A stretch of DNA of 64,000 nucleotides from Fistulifera solaris (Eukaryota), in contig AP026124.1 in the NCBI GenBank assembly GCA_030295235.1, forward strand, positions 2,046,001 to 2,110,000. The letters are read 5' to 3'. The translations under genes and the position numbers were made by a program. Shown here piece after piece: positions 39,108 to 51,632 of this stretch. Under the pieces are notes generated by a model. The model was given only the letters and a program-made list of their open reading frames with translations. It had not been told where the DNA came from and did no database searches. The stretch's first letter is position 1; each line of letters begins with the position of its first letter.

Positions 39108-42100
39108 CTAACGACGAGGCGCTCCGAAGGGGCTCGATGCTCCGAATGTCGCAGTGGGTTGGGGCGACCCCAACGAGCCAAAGCCTTGACCAGCAGATGA
39201 CTGAGCTAGACTGCCAAAGCCTGAAGCTCCAAACGATGTGGATCCAGCTGCGGCGCCAAAAACAGAACCGGACGGGGTAGTCGACGCAGTGACTGGTGCA
39301 CTCCCGAAGACACTACTCTGACCTAGAGGCGATGCCGATCCGAATCCACTTGAACCGAACGGTGTTGGAGTTGAAGTTACTCCACCAAACACAGTACTTC
39401 CGCCCAACCCACCTGTTCCCAGCGACGAGTGAGAGCCAAAGCCTCCAGGTGCAAGAGCAGGAGCCGAAGTGAGCCCAAATATCGAAGGGTCAAGATTGTA
39501 CTTTTTAGCCAGGTTTCGAAATAGTGCCTCTTCGTTTCCGTGATACTTCTCTAGAAGACGATCGGCTTCGTCCACTTTTGCAGGATTGTGGTTTCGATAA
39601 AACTCAACTAATAATTCGCGAGCGCTCTTGCCGTTGAACATTGGTGCACTTGTCGATTGTGTTTGGATGGCGTTAGCGGAACCGAAGGGTGTATTGCTTG
39701 ATGGAGCTGAAAAAGGAGATTGAGAGGCAGAAAATACAGTATTCCCACCGAATGAAAGTGAAGAAGTTGTTGACAACCCAAAATTCGAAGCCGAAGTGTT
39801 TCCAAAGCCACCGAACACAGGCTTGCTGTCTTGAATTGACGAGCCGGAGAGCCCTGGTGAACCAAATGAGCTCGCGGAAGATGCCACCTTAGTATTCCCA
39901 AACGGTGACTGTGACATTGGTGGTTTCTGCTGAAGCGGCATCTGGGCGTTTGGTGCTTGTTCGGAAGAGAAAAGTGGATTACTCTTAGTAGCTGATTTTG
40001 AGACATCAGTTTGTTTTTCAAGTGGATTTGCAACACCGTATCTCTTTGCTAGCTTGGCAAACATTTCGCCTTCCCTTCCCTGATAACCACAAATATAGGG
40101 TAAGTTGTAAGTCCTTGTTGTGCATAGGTCACGAAAAAGTATTCAAAAACATACCTTGTATTTCGATAAAACAAAAGGCACCTCACTCAATTTCGAAGCA
40201 TTGTGTTCTGTATAAAACTCGGTCAGTAACTTGTGGAAGTCGACTTGATCGTCGGATCCAGATGGCTGAATTTCAAAAAGGGATGACTTCGACCCGGAGT
40301 TTTTGCTGTCTGTAAACAACATCGTACCTAGACCATGCATACTATTAAGCCCAAAGGTTTTTTCTTCCGACGTTTCTGCAGGAGCATCTTTTGGGAGAGA
40401 GAATGAAAGAGGAGGATCGGCATCATTCTTTAGCGTGAATGTGGCCTTGAATGATTCTTTCGGAGAGTCTATGATTTTCGATGGTTTCGAGCCATCTTTC
40501 TTCAACGGTGACTCAGACAGTTTACTCTGTGGGGACTTGGACGCAAGGTCTCCAATGGGTAACTTTGAAGACAACGACTCATTTCTTGCTTCTAATGACC
40601 CTGTACGATTCGAAAGCGCGAAGGAATCTCTTACTCGCTCCGGCGTAGTTCCGAAATCAGATAGCGCTCCACGAGCCGCACTGTCAATAGCAAAGCTCTT
40701 CAACTGAGAAGGTGCGGAATACGTGAGAGCCTGCATTTTGGCCTGGTCGACTGTGGACGGCTCGTCCCATCCTGCTCGGGGATGGAGACTGAGCGGTGGG
40801 GAAAATAGCTGGAGCTGTTTCTGGTGCTGCTTTCCTGTACTCGAAAGACGTGGCTGGCGCTCGTCAACACTTTTCTTACGGACTATTTGGGTTTCGAGCG
40901 ACATTTCAAGTTTGGTTCTTCTTGGCAGCCCAGAAAAGGTACTCAAGTGATTTTCAACGTCCTTCCAGTTCACTTCGTTTCTGTAATTTCCTTTTCCCGC
41001 TTGTATACTGCGATCTTTGGTCGTTCGATGTGACGGCAATCTAATTCTAATATCTTGCCCACAGTCAACTGCATTACGAATCCCGCGCTCGACACGGGTA
41101 GCATCTTCTTCAACTCCTTGTAACTTCTTTCTTGTTTCGTTTATAGACACTAGTAAACGCATATCACCGTCAACGTCCTGTAGTTCGTGCATGAGCTTCG
41201 CTCTTGATTTCAAGGCTATAATTGAACGCTGGAAAGTCATCACGGCAGACGATATCTCTCGTCGCCGCGACTCAGATTCTATATCCAGTGGCTGAACTTT
41301 CAAAAGACTTGCCGAATCAGTTTCTGATGTGAGGAAAGAAGCAAGATATTTCTCGCACTCGTTTGCCCGCATCGAGGCAGTAACCTTGTGACTTAGCATT
41401 TTGATCCCTCTTTGCTTTTGCTGCAAGAGAGAAGATTGAATATCAGAGAATGATACAAGCAATTCGTGATTGTTTTTCGCCAACGTAGAAATTGCGGCCT
41501 TGAGTTCGGAGTCATCGTTTTTCGATTTCATTTGCAAAAGAACTTCCAATCGTTCTTCCATTCTTTTAACAGCAGCGGCATACTGAGCAGCGACCTCGCT
41601 CAACCTATCTTGCATACTCAAAGGCACTCGCCCTGTCCCTAGTTGTGCTTGTGAAAGCGATGCTAATCTTCTTGTTTCGCCGGATGCTGAAAAGTGAGTG
41701 GGGGTCTTGCTAGGCAAAGACGGAAAAGCCGATGACGACGAAGTAGAACCCGTTTTCGTTCCTTCACTTGAAGCAGAAAAGGTGTTGGCGTCTTGCTCGA
41801 CATCGGCGGAAAAGCAGACGAAGAAGTAGCACTTTTAGAATCGGAAGAACCGAAAGCACTAGTGCCAGCAGAAGAAAAAGGCGTTGGGGTCTTACTCGAC
41901 ATTGGCGGAAAGGCCGATGACGACGAAGTAGAACCCGTTTTCGTTCCTTCACTTGAAGCAGAAAAAGGTGTTGGCGTCTTGCTCGACATCGGCGGAAAAG
42001 CAGACGAAGAAGTAGCACTTTTAGGTTCGGAAGAACCGAAAGCACTAGTGCCAGCAGAAGAAAAAGGCGTTGGGGTCTTACTCGACATTGGCGGAAAGGC

Positions 42101-45100
42101 CGATGACGACGAAGTAGAACCCGTTTTCGTTCCTTCACTTGAAGCAGAAAAAGGTGTTGGCGTCTTGCTCGACATCGGCGGAAAAGCAGACGAAGAAGTA
42201 GCACTTTTAGGTTCGGAGGAACCGAAAGCACTAGTGCCAGCAGAAGAAAAAGGCGTTGGGGCCTTACTCGACATTGGCGGAAAGGCCGATGACGACGAAG
42301 TAGAACCCGTTTTCGTTCCTTCACTTGAAGCAGAAAAGGTGTTGGCGTCTTGCTCGACATCGGCGGAAAAGCAGACGAAGAAGTAGCACTTTTAGGTTCG
42401 GAGGAACCGAAAGCACTAGTGCCAGCAGAAGAAAAAGGCGTTGGGGCCTTACTCGACATTGGCGGAAAGGCCGATGACGACGAAGTAGGACCCGTTTTCG
42501 TTCCTTCACTTGAAGCAGAAAAAGGTGTTGGCGTCTTGCTCGACATCGGCGGAAAAGCAGACGAAGAAGTAGCACTTTTAGGTTCGGAAGAACCGAAAGC
42601 ACTAGTGCCAGCAGAAGAAAAAGGCGTTGGGGTCTTACTCGACATTGGCGGAAAGGCCGATGACGACGAAGTAGAACCCGTTTTCGTTCCTTCACTTGAA
42701 GCAGAAAAAGGTGTTGGCGTCTTGCTCGACATCGGCGGAAAAGCAGACGAAGAAGTAGCACTTTTAGGTTCGGAGGAACCGAAAGCACTAGTGCCAGCAG
42801 AAGAAAAAGGCGTTGGGGCCTTACTCGACATTGGCGGAAAGGCCGATGACGACGAAGTAGAACCCGTTTTCGTTCCTTCACTTGAAGCAGAAAAGGTGTT
42901 GGCGTCTTGCTCGACATCGGCGGAAAAGCAGACGAAGAAGTAGCACTTTTAGGTTCGGAGGAACCGAAAGCACTAGTGCCAGCAGAAGAAAAAGGCGTTG
43001 GGGCCTTACTCGACATTGGCGGAAAGGCCGATGACGACGAAGTAGGACCCGTTTTCGTTCCTTCACTTGAAGTAGAAAAAGGTGTTGGCGTCTTGCTCGA
43101 CATCGGCGGAAAAGCAGACGAAGTCGAACTTGAAGCCGTTTCCGTCTCTCTATTTGTTGCAGAGAAAGGCGTCGGCGCCTGGCTCGACATTGGTGAAAAT
43201 GCGGAGGACAGTGATGTTGTTTTTGTTTCTTTGTTGACGGATTCAAGAGCGTGACTCGAGGAAGCATCAGAAGATCCACTCGGTTTAAAGTTGAAGCCAG
43301 ATGAAACTCCAGCTAGGGCGTGGGCGGGCGATGATGAAGCACCGCCGCTTGCAATGGAGAAACCACTCGAACTAATTGCACCTCCACCGAACGAAAAACC
43401 GTTCGCACCAATTGATGAACCAGAGCTTTCTTGAGTCCCACCACCAGTACCCATTGACGCCGTGGTAGCATCATTTTTAGTGCCAGGACGTACAGCCTCG
43501 CATGCTTTGCATTTTCCTGTCTCTCCAGGATTCAACACCATACAAACGCTGCATTTCCAACTACCTTCCTCAGCCTTGAAAATGTTTCCCCAGCCGGTAC
43601 CAGTGGCGACCAACTCATTGGTGACAACGCCGTCAACCTCATCCTCTTCTTCTTCGCTGTCCTCGACATCGCTTTCGTCACCTCCAAACAGCCAGTCAAT
43701 GTACCAGCTGACAAAGGCATTCTCGGTTATTATGCCGCTAGAGTCCTTTAGCTTTCGTATCGTCCTTCTGTGTTCTTCTTCACAATACGTTGTGCCTAGC
43801 GATTCAATCAACTTCGGGAAATCCATTTCCGAGATGCTTCGAACACCGTTTCGTATGCTGCTAAGCTCTTGGAACTTTGCCTGAGCACGCTCGCGCTCTT
43901 CTCGTTGGTCAGATTCTTCAGACCCGCCAGAACTTCCGCCGTCGTCACCTCCACTAAGCAATTGAACGTACCAGTCGATAAAAGCCTGACGCTCTAAATG
44001 GCCCTTGTCATCCTTGTCGACAAGCTTAGTCTGTTTCGCTAACTCATCTCCGTAGAATCCTTCTCCAAGATTTTCAATCAGATCTTCCATCTTATTTAAA
44101 GGTAAAATTCCTTTCTTGTCGCTATCAATCGTGTCAAAGGCCTCGGCAGCTTTCTTGGCCTCCGGTGTGCTCGCACTTTCGTCTCTATCCGATTTTGAAT
44201 CTTGTCTAAGTTCCGCACTATTCACTGCCGGCTCTATGGGTAGAACTTGAGAAGGTGCTTCCATCGTCGCTGAGCTAAGTTCAGGCTGCTCTTCTGGTTT
44301 GATTTCTTCCGTAGTGGTGCCAAATAGTGGCTTTGTTATGCTGGACAAGCCAAAAGCAGAGCTAGCAGGCTTCTTGAAAGTGTTGAATGGATCGGCGGAT
44401 TGCGCGAAACCAGCCGGCGAGCTAGCCAAAGCTCCAAAACTGAACGGCTTACTTGAGAGTACGCTAGAACCGAATACATTTTTCGCGTCGCCTGAACCAA
44501 ACGATAGACTGGCGCTCCCTGACCCAAAAGTTACTTCTGATCCTGACCCGAACGGTGCCGACTGAGGTCCCAATAGAGATGACGTCTGACCGAATACTGG
44601 CTGCGTTGAGGAAGGGACATTTGCACCAAACGCCGACCCGGTGCCAAAAGATAGCGATGAAGTCGATGCAATAGTTGCGCTTATTGTCTGATCAAACGTA
44701 GATCTGCCAAATACGGACTGCTGTGCTCCTGATGCTTCCAACGATGACTTTGGAGGAGTCGAAGCAAGGGAGAGACCGCCAAATCCAAAGGAGGCCTTGG
44801 TTTCCTGGCCAAAAGATTCGCCTTGACGTCCGCAACAGGCAGTGACGCGTCTTCCCTGACTAATTCTGGCGCAGCTTCCGATCGCATGCTTTTTGGAAGA
44901 GGTACTGCTTGGAGTTGATTGAAGCCCGACGCTAAAGGAAGCTGGAAAAAGGATTCATTGGCCCCATGCACCAACTGGAAGCAGGATAGGGACCCATCGG
45001 TCGAAAGGAGCAGCACCAACGGTCGGCAACCCTCTTCTTGTATAACATTTGCAACAGCCAAGCCGGTGGGGTAGGTAAATTCGTAATCTTCGTCGGTCGG

Positions 45101-46209
45101 GGTCGAAGCATTATCACCTTCTGGAAGCTCCACTTCCACCCATGACGAGGGATCTTCACCCGATAAAACGTGTACATCACTTCCCACATTACTTGCCACC
45201 AGCATAATATTGCATTGGGAGTTGTTGGCGACAGTAGTGGTAAAAAATACATGGCGACCATCTTTAGCAGGAGCAAAGAAAGGAACGACATCGCCCATAT
45301 TCTGCGGTGGTTTCTCGTCTGACGGAAAACTGGATATGTAAAAACAGACTTGATGCTGAGCGGCATCATCTGGATCGTCTTCGTCCTCCTTGACATCCTC
45401 CTCCGGAGGCAGGACGCGGCAGTATCCACAACCCAACGAGCTACCATCCGCAACCCACTCAATGTGAGTACACGACCACAAAGGACCATCATCTGCCTCA
45501 CCAGGAAACGGGAGAACGCCCACTGGAGATAAGCGGGATGTTGCGGTATTGTAATTGAAAACGTGAATGCCGTTACCGTCGATCGTTCCCACCGCAATGG
45601 TGCATTCATCACTGTCACAGGAAGGGGACCAGGCCGCACAGGCCAGATTGAGATAAGCGAGCTGTCTTTGTACGCTCTCCACAGGTGTACCGCAATCATC
45701 TGCGTGATAGATCGTCAGTCCTTGTTGACCGTCGTCAACCAATGCAAGTGCGTAGCCTTGGGGACTGAACTGCAACGATCGTGCCGGTCCAGCCGCACCA
45801 GCGGCGTTTTCTCTCGATGTCGAAACACTTTGATTCAAATCTATTTCCGTATGTGAATGAGCTCCTTCTACTTTCCACCGTAATTGAAATGACTCGTTGG
45901 TAACATCAAAACAGCACAACGATCCGTCGGCCAAGCAAACCGCCACGAGGCGACCATCGGTGACGCTGCTACATTCACTGCCGGAATACCCAGTGATGTA
46001 GAGAAAAGGATGCTTGCTCCAATCTCCGACGACAAAGCCAATATCTCGAGAGTTTCGTTGCAGACGCGAAAGGCGTACCCTAGGCAATTTGTGGGTACGG
46101 CGAGGAGTTTCACTCCGGATTTGGTGGGTCGGGAGGATTGCGTAAGCGCTGTGGCTCCAGACAGTGGCGATGCCACGGGTTCAAACTTTAGAAAGTCTTT
46201 CAGAGACAT
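39108..46209 (-). CDS. Giant FG nucleoporin, Nup214/Nup159-like
   Basis: N-terminal beta-propeller-like region, FG repeats, EF-hand-like segment, RanBP2 zinc finger (WKCSVCMVLN...CKAC), Ser/Pro/Thr tandem repeats, coiled coil and an FG-rich C-terminus ending FGAPRR. One intron near 40083-40154; multiple frameshifts. Confidence 0.75.
41715..43125. repeat. Coding tandem repeat, about 7.5 x 186 bp (62 aa, two SAFPPMSSK[TA]PTPF motifs per unit)
   Basis: gccgatgacgacgaagtag recurs at a 185-186-bp period, with near-identical units. Confidence 0.97.
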
Positions 46210-46757
46210 GTTGCGGAAAATGTATTATAAAGGAATTCAATTACAATGACCTGAGTTTAATTGCTCTACATTCTTCTTCTGGCTGCAAATGTAATGATGC
46301 GAGCACCAGAGGCACGACCTTGATCCGCTATGATTTCAGACACGGTACGACGCAATTTATGTTTGCAAATTGACCAAGTGAAACAGTACAACAAAATTTC
46401 GTTGCGACATGGTCACGTTCCCATCTTTCTTCGGCGAAAGGCGAAACGATTTCAAGATCATCGATCATCGCAAGACGAGACGCTTCGAGGCAAAGAGACA
46501 CATATCTAGTTCCACGCTCCTCGCTGTTTTGAGATAAGGTGTAATTTTCAGGACTTCCGTAAACATTGGAATGGTTGAGAAGAAATTGTTGCGAAGGATA
46601 TCGTCGAATTATGGAGGGTCCAACGATCAGACTGTTACAGCGAACTAAACTTGTAGCTTTATCAAATAAGCCGCGTAAACAAAATAATTTTCAATCCATC
46701 ATCACCTCCATTGAGTATTTGATTATCAAAGAAACTAATCCGGAACAGCCAATCTTT

Positions 46758-47542
46758 TTACTCGCTTGAATTCCACCGTTCATTCATTTGACTTATGTAG
46801 TCGTCGATATCAAATGTGTTAGGATTCTCGTTGAACATTTTGACCGATTGGAAATTTTCATCCACACGATAGTTATCCAGGAGGGCCTGTACTACTTTTC
46901 TCCCTTCCGTTGTGTCTACGCCTTTGTTCCATACATCACAGCGGACCAGGGAAAGATTCTTGCTCGTGGCATAATCATTGAACACCGAAAACGTGAGCAG
47001 CGGAGTAGCCGAGTGAGGATCCATTTTGTAATCTTCTAGATATGCCAACAGAAAATAGGCAGGGGCCTGGAACTGGGAAACCATCATAAAGAAACCATTG
47101 TCACGGAAAATAGGTTGCACGAAAAATGGTCTAGTTTGAGCAATCTTGCCGGTTAGTCACACCGACAACGAAGAATGCGTGTACAGCGAAACTCAAGTGC
47201 TTACTGTTGATTGGCTCTTGATGTTACGTTTTTCCCATCCTCTCCCGAAAGAACGAGGGCTACTGTATCTTGCTACCATAATCAATCGGAGAGTCAGCTC
47301 TTGCTAGGAACAGAGCCCAAGCAATACGCACGAACCGTAGTACTCACCTTTTCCTCGTGATAGCTCTTCCAAATATCTTCCAACTCTGACTTTGTTTTGT
47401 CTTCCACAAGCTCTTTCTTCAAGATTTCGTCCAAAGATCGGGGCCCGGCGAAGCTAAAGCTTAGATGGCGCACGGACGATAAAATCGCTGATTGCTTCCG
47501 CATTACCATAGAGCAGACTCGGTTGGATACTAACGCTGCCAT
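46758..47542 (-). CDS. ATP11: Mitochondrial F1-ATPase assembly chaperone ATP11
   Basis: GPRSLDEILKKEL...IWKSYH, PFFVQPIFRDNGFFMMVSQFQ, YLEDYK...P.LT.SVF..Y and V..FNENPNTFD. Two introns. Confidence 0.88.
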
Positions 47543-47944
47543 TAGTGAACGTATCTGAATAAAAATTATGATGGATACAAAATAAAGAGGTCCTACTGCG
47601 GATTGCAGCCGAACCCAAACTTGATTTTATGTTCATGATGTTGTGTCGAACATGGATGTCAGTATCAACGCAAAACAAGCATTTAATCTGACCGGCACTC
47701 GCGCTACAACCTCTATCCCTACCAGGTACTGTGTACTGGTACTGTAGCGTCAACTCCAACAGAAACAAAACTCCGCCGCCATCCATACAATGAGAAAGTC
47801 TAAGGTGTTCTTGTCCATACAACACAACGATTTTTAATGTTTATAAAGTATCCAAGCTTACAGCTCAACATCCAAACTCCAGCTAAAGTGTAGTTGCTAC
47901 AATATGCTTTAATGTAAACTTGACTGAGCTACTGTTAAATAGGC

Positions 47945-48430
47945 TTACTTCTCCGAGACCTCCTCAAAGTTTCCTTCAACAAGGTCAGGAACATCATCGT
48001 CATCTTCTTCTTCACCTTCCGGGATCGATGCAGCAGCAGATCCTCCAACTTGAGCTGCCATGTTCTGAAGAGCAGCGAAGTTGTCCATACCGAGCTGCGA
48101 CACGATGCTGGGGAGCAGATCCTGAAGCGGCTTCGTCTCATGCTGACCCGAGATGATGTACGTGTTAGCAGCAATGGCTGCTTGTACTTTTGGGTTCTTG
48201 AAATGAATGACCTTTCCATCATCCTTGAAGAAGTTCACCTCCTCGATTCCCGGTATGTTGGTGGCACCGAGCTTTTTCAGTGTGGTGCTGAGCTTTGCGT
48301 CGGTTTGTGCGTTCGATGATCGGTTGGTGACCACCTTCTTACGTCGAATACTTCCCTTTCCGCCCGTGGAAGTAGAAGCGCCACCAAATCGCTTGGCGAT
48401 CATTTTAGCCCGTGCATCATCCATTGCCAT
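47945..48430 (-). CDS. BTF3: Nascent polypeptide-associated complex beta subunit (BTF3/EGD1)
   Basis: GGKGSIRRKK, IPGIEEVNFFKDDGKVIHFKNPKVQAAIAANTY and DDVPDLVEGNFE. Confidence 0.97.
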   Translation of the reverse strand: MAMDDARAKMIAKRFGGASTSTGGKGSIRRKKVVTNRSSNAQTDAKLSTTLKKLGATNIPGIEEVNFFKDDGKVIHFKNPKVQAAIAANTYIISGQHETKPLQDLLPSIVSQLGMDNFAALQNMAAQVGGSAAASIPEGEEEDDDDVPDLVEGNFEEVSEK

Positions 48431-49307
48431 AAATTAATATTGTAAAATAAAACAAGAACAACGCCAAGAGGCCGAAATAATTTAGAACTGATTTCAGCAG
48501 AGCATCAAAACGCAGAAAAGGTTAGAAACACAATTTCAAACGCAATACTCTGAAGAAAAACATCTCAACTGAGGGGGCGTCACGTTGGATACGGTGACAA
48601 GTTTTGCCTCGAAAAGATCATTTCGCTGCATTTGACCCATTTCCGCCCCCAGGAATGCCCCTCTACATAAATTTACTTCATACACAAGCTCAAAAGCCGC
48701 AATACGAGACTCAGTCAACAAAAAGACACCATGGTGTCCTCACCTTGCTTTTTAGGGAGAGTGCTTGGTTGCGGCGATTCGCCTGTCGTTGCAACCGGCC
48801 GTAGTAAAGACGGTAAACGCGAGTTCTGGTAAGAATTTCGCGTAAAACCCATCGTGTGGTCGGTATCATTTTTTATTGGAAACATTACACAGCCAGACTT
48901 ATAAACCGGGCGATAACAGACCATTGGAGTAGAAAATGAGACAATCTCAACGGCACTTAAGACTATTCCCTTTCATGTAGTCTTGACATCCATGGAAACT
49001 GAAGGCAGAAGGACGATGACGACGAACGTCTGTTGACTGGGCACATCCCGGGAATCATATGTTGAAGTAAAGATCATGCCGTTCAAACGCGAGAACTTTA
49101 TGCCGGAGGCTTGCTTGACTCAGCAATCGGGTTGGCTTTTGCGTTGTTATAACGTTCAAGCACTCCTATCCTCGAAGCCAACTGCTGCTTACTGTCAATC
49201 GACTCCTCTGCATATAAAGCAAGTTGCGGCTTTTATAACTCTCGCATTGACTATCCGCTCTCGAAAAAATACTGCTATCTTTTTCGTTTCTCATCCTTCC
49301 ATACAAA

Positions 49308-51632
49308 ATGTCCGGAAGTTCAACACAATCTACAGTGCAATCCTTTTCAGTATTCCTGACAATACTGCTAGCATGTTGGACACCAAGCTCTTCGTTCGTT
49401 CCTAAGCATGATGGTTCAAGACGAAGTTCAGAGACTAGCTGCGTGGAAGGCCCTATAACGCCACTGCATTCTTCTTTCGCTCGGTCGATTGACGATAATT
49501 TTAATCAGGGAAACTGGGAGAATACCAAACAAAAGTTCAAACGGAAAAGAATACCGAAAACGGAAGTAGATGCACGACAACTTCGACAGCAGCGTGAACA
49601 AGAATACGAACGTTTAGTTACAAATGCGGATAGCGTGCCGAGTATATGGAATTTCGAGAGTCTCTTTCCTTCACCAATCATCGACGAAGAGTCCGTTGAT
49701 CGTGACTTGTTTGAAATTCAACGGCGAGATCGCAAGAAGGAAGAAGAGAGAAATGTTGGTGGTCGCACGAAAGTGCCGTCGAATCCCTACGCGGGAGAAA
49801 CAACGAATCCGTTTCTCCGTTTGATGTGGAGTGAACCAACAATTAAGACTCGTGAAACGTCTTCGTCCGCTTTGACCTCCTTAGCGAACGAAACCGCCAC
49901 AGCGGCGCTGATCTCTAGCAAAATAGCCAATGCGACAAGCGCACGGATTGATCGAAGTCTGACGCGGATGGTCGAAGACCGAATTTATGGCTTTCGTAGA
50001 GGTGCATCCGGAGATATTCGATACCAAACGTCACTGATGGGTGACGGCGCAGTTCAATATCGTGAAGGAGTGCGACTAGGAAATGCTTTACCAATTAATG
50101 CAGACCGTCTAAACTACATGGCAAAGAAAGAGATGAAGAAAGGGCGTGTGGAAGAGGCAGAAGAGCTGTACGAAAGAGCTGTGGAAATCGATCCTCGGGA
50201 TGGCCGAGCATATCTTGGACTTAGTCGGTGCGCACAGCGTCGACAGGACTTCAAGCTTGCCCGCGAGTGGTTGAATCTAGGCATCGCCAACTCAGCCTCT
50301 ACCTTCAACGGAAATCCAGATCGTGGGGCAAATCCGTTTTTGCTTCAGGCACTAGGTTGCTTGGAAGAAAAGGCAGGACAACTGTCGCAAGCTGAATCCT
50401 TGTATGCATCAGCTGTTAGATCGAGGCCGTCCCACGCCGCTGGTTGGGTAGCCCTCGCTCAAATTCGCACACGCAAGTTGGGTCAGAGCGTTGGGGCAGG
50501 TCGATCTTGCTTTGAAGCCGCCGAGCGTGAACTGAAGGCATCAGGACTTCCTCAGTCTTCGCATGTCTACACGGCATGGGCCGACCTGGAACTAAAGAAA
50601 GCCGGCGATCCCCGAAGAGCTAAAAAACTCCTCAAATTGGCGTTGGAAATCGACCCAAAATGCTCTGTTGGCTGGTTGCAATTGGGTATGCTTGAAAGTG
50701 ATTTACAAAATTGGGATAAAGCGGAAGAATGCTTTGAAAACGTTTTAACGTTTGATCAACGCAATTCGCGTGTATTGCAAGCATATGCAATAATGGAAAC
50801 CAAACGACCTGATGGGAACAGTAGGAAAGCTATCGGACTTTTTGAGCGTGCTTTGAAAGCCAATCCTCGCGATGCTGGTGTATTGCAAGCCTATGGTTTG
50901 TACGTTGCGAAGTTGGGCGACATCAAGTCAGCAAGAGAATTGCTTTGGAGGGGCACAGAAGTTGATAAACGTCATGCGCCCATTTGGCAAGCATTGGGTG
51001 TACTAGAAACTCGAAGCGGAAATCCCGAGGAAGCTCGTAACATATTTCAACAGGGCATCTGGTCTTGCGCCCAATTGACAGGTTGTAAATCAGGTGGGCA
51101 CAATTGTGCTCGATTGTGGCAGGCATGGGGTGTACTAGAAGCTGAAGAAGGAAACCATGCTGCTGCGAGACGCTGTTTCAATCGTGCTTTGGATGCTGAT
51201 AGTAGGAATGTCCCTGCCATTACAGCCTGGTCGTCTATGGAAGAGAAGTTAGGCAATCGCCAAGATGCTCGTGCAATCTACGAAAGGGCTTTGCCTCGCT
51301 TTTCAGCCGGATCCGAAAGCAAGAAAGCGCTTTGGAGGAACTACGAGCTAATGGAACAACGTGCCGGCGATACTGCGGCCGCCCAACGCGTTTATCAAAG
51401 AGCTATACGAGAGGTGATTAGCTTCGAAGAAACTTCCGTTGCCGATGAGAAACTCGATGCCAAGAGCAGCCCTCCACCGGAAACTACGACATCTTCACGA
51501 AACAAGAGAGAAAAAGAAGTTGTTCGGTGGAACGGCGGGGGCGGAGAGGTTTGGTTAAACGATAGAGCTATAGAGGCCAGGATTCCTTTAGAGAAGAGGA
51601 AAAGCCGTCACGAAAAAACAATGAAGTCATAA
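49308..51632 (+). CDS. HAT/TPR-repeat plastid RNA-binding protein (HCF107/Mbb1-like)
   Basis: Signal peptide plus SSFVP; DPRDGRAYLGL, NPFLLQALGCLE, HAAGWVA, HAPIWQALGVLE and LWQAWGVLEAEEGN HAT repeats. Confidence 0.8.
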   Translation: MSGSSTQSTVQSFSVFLTILLACWTPSSSFVPKHDGSRRSSETSCVEGPITPLHSSFARSIDDNFNQGNWENTKQKFKRKRIPKTEVDARQLRQQREQEYERLVTNADSVPSIWNFESLFPSPIIDEESVDRDLFEIQRRDRKKEEERNVGGRTKVPSNPYAGETTNPFLRLMWSEPTIKTRETSSSALTSLANETATAALISSKIANATSARIDRSLTRMVEDRIYGFRRGASGDIRYQTSLMGDGAVQYREGVRLGNALPINADRLNYMAKKEMKKGRVEEAEELYERAVEIDPRDGRAYLGLSRCAQRRQDFKLAREWLNLGIANSASTFNGNPDRGANPFLLQALGCLEEKAGQLSQAESLYASAVRSRPSHAAGWVALAQIRTRKLGQSVGAGRSCFEAAERELKASGLPQSSHVYTAWADLELKKAGDPRRAKKLLKLALEIDPKCSVGWLQLGMLESDLQNWDKAEECFENVLTFDQRNSRVLQAYAIMETKRPDGNSRKAIGLFERALKANPRDAGVLQAYGLYVAKLGDIKSARELLWRGTEVDKRHAPIWQALGVLETRSGNPEEARNIFQQGIWSCAQLTGCKSGGHNCARLWQAWGVLEAEEGNHAAARRCFNRALDADSRNVPAITAWSSMEEKLGNRQDARAIYERALPRFSAGSESKKALWRNYELMEQRAGDTAAAQRVYQRAIREVISFEETSVADEKLDAKSSPPPETTTSSRNKREKEVVRWNGGGGEVWLNDRAIEARIPLEKRKSRHEKTMKS

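Noticed and set aside
41793..43254. Plus-strand repetitive ORFs (LLDIGGKADEE...) and the Arg/Leu-rich minus frames
   Set aside because: Antisense or shifted-frame shadows of the nucleoporin repeat.
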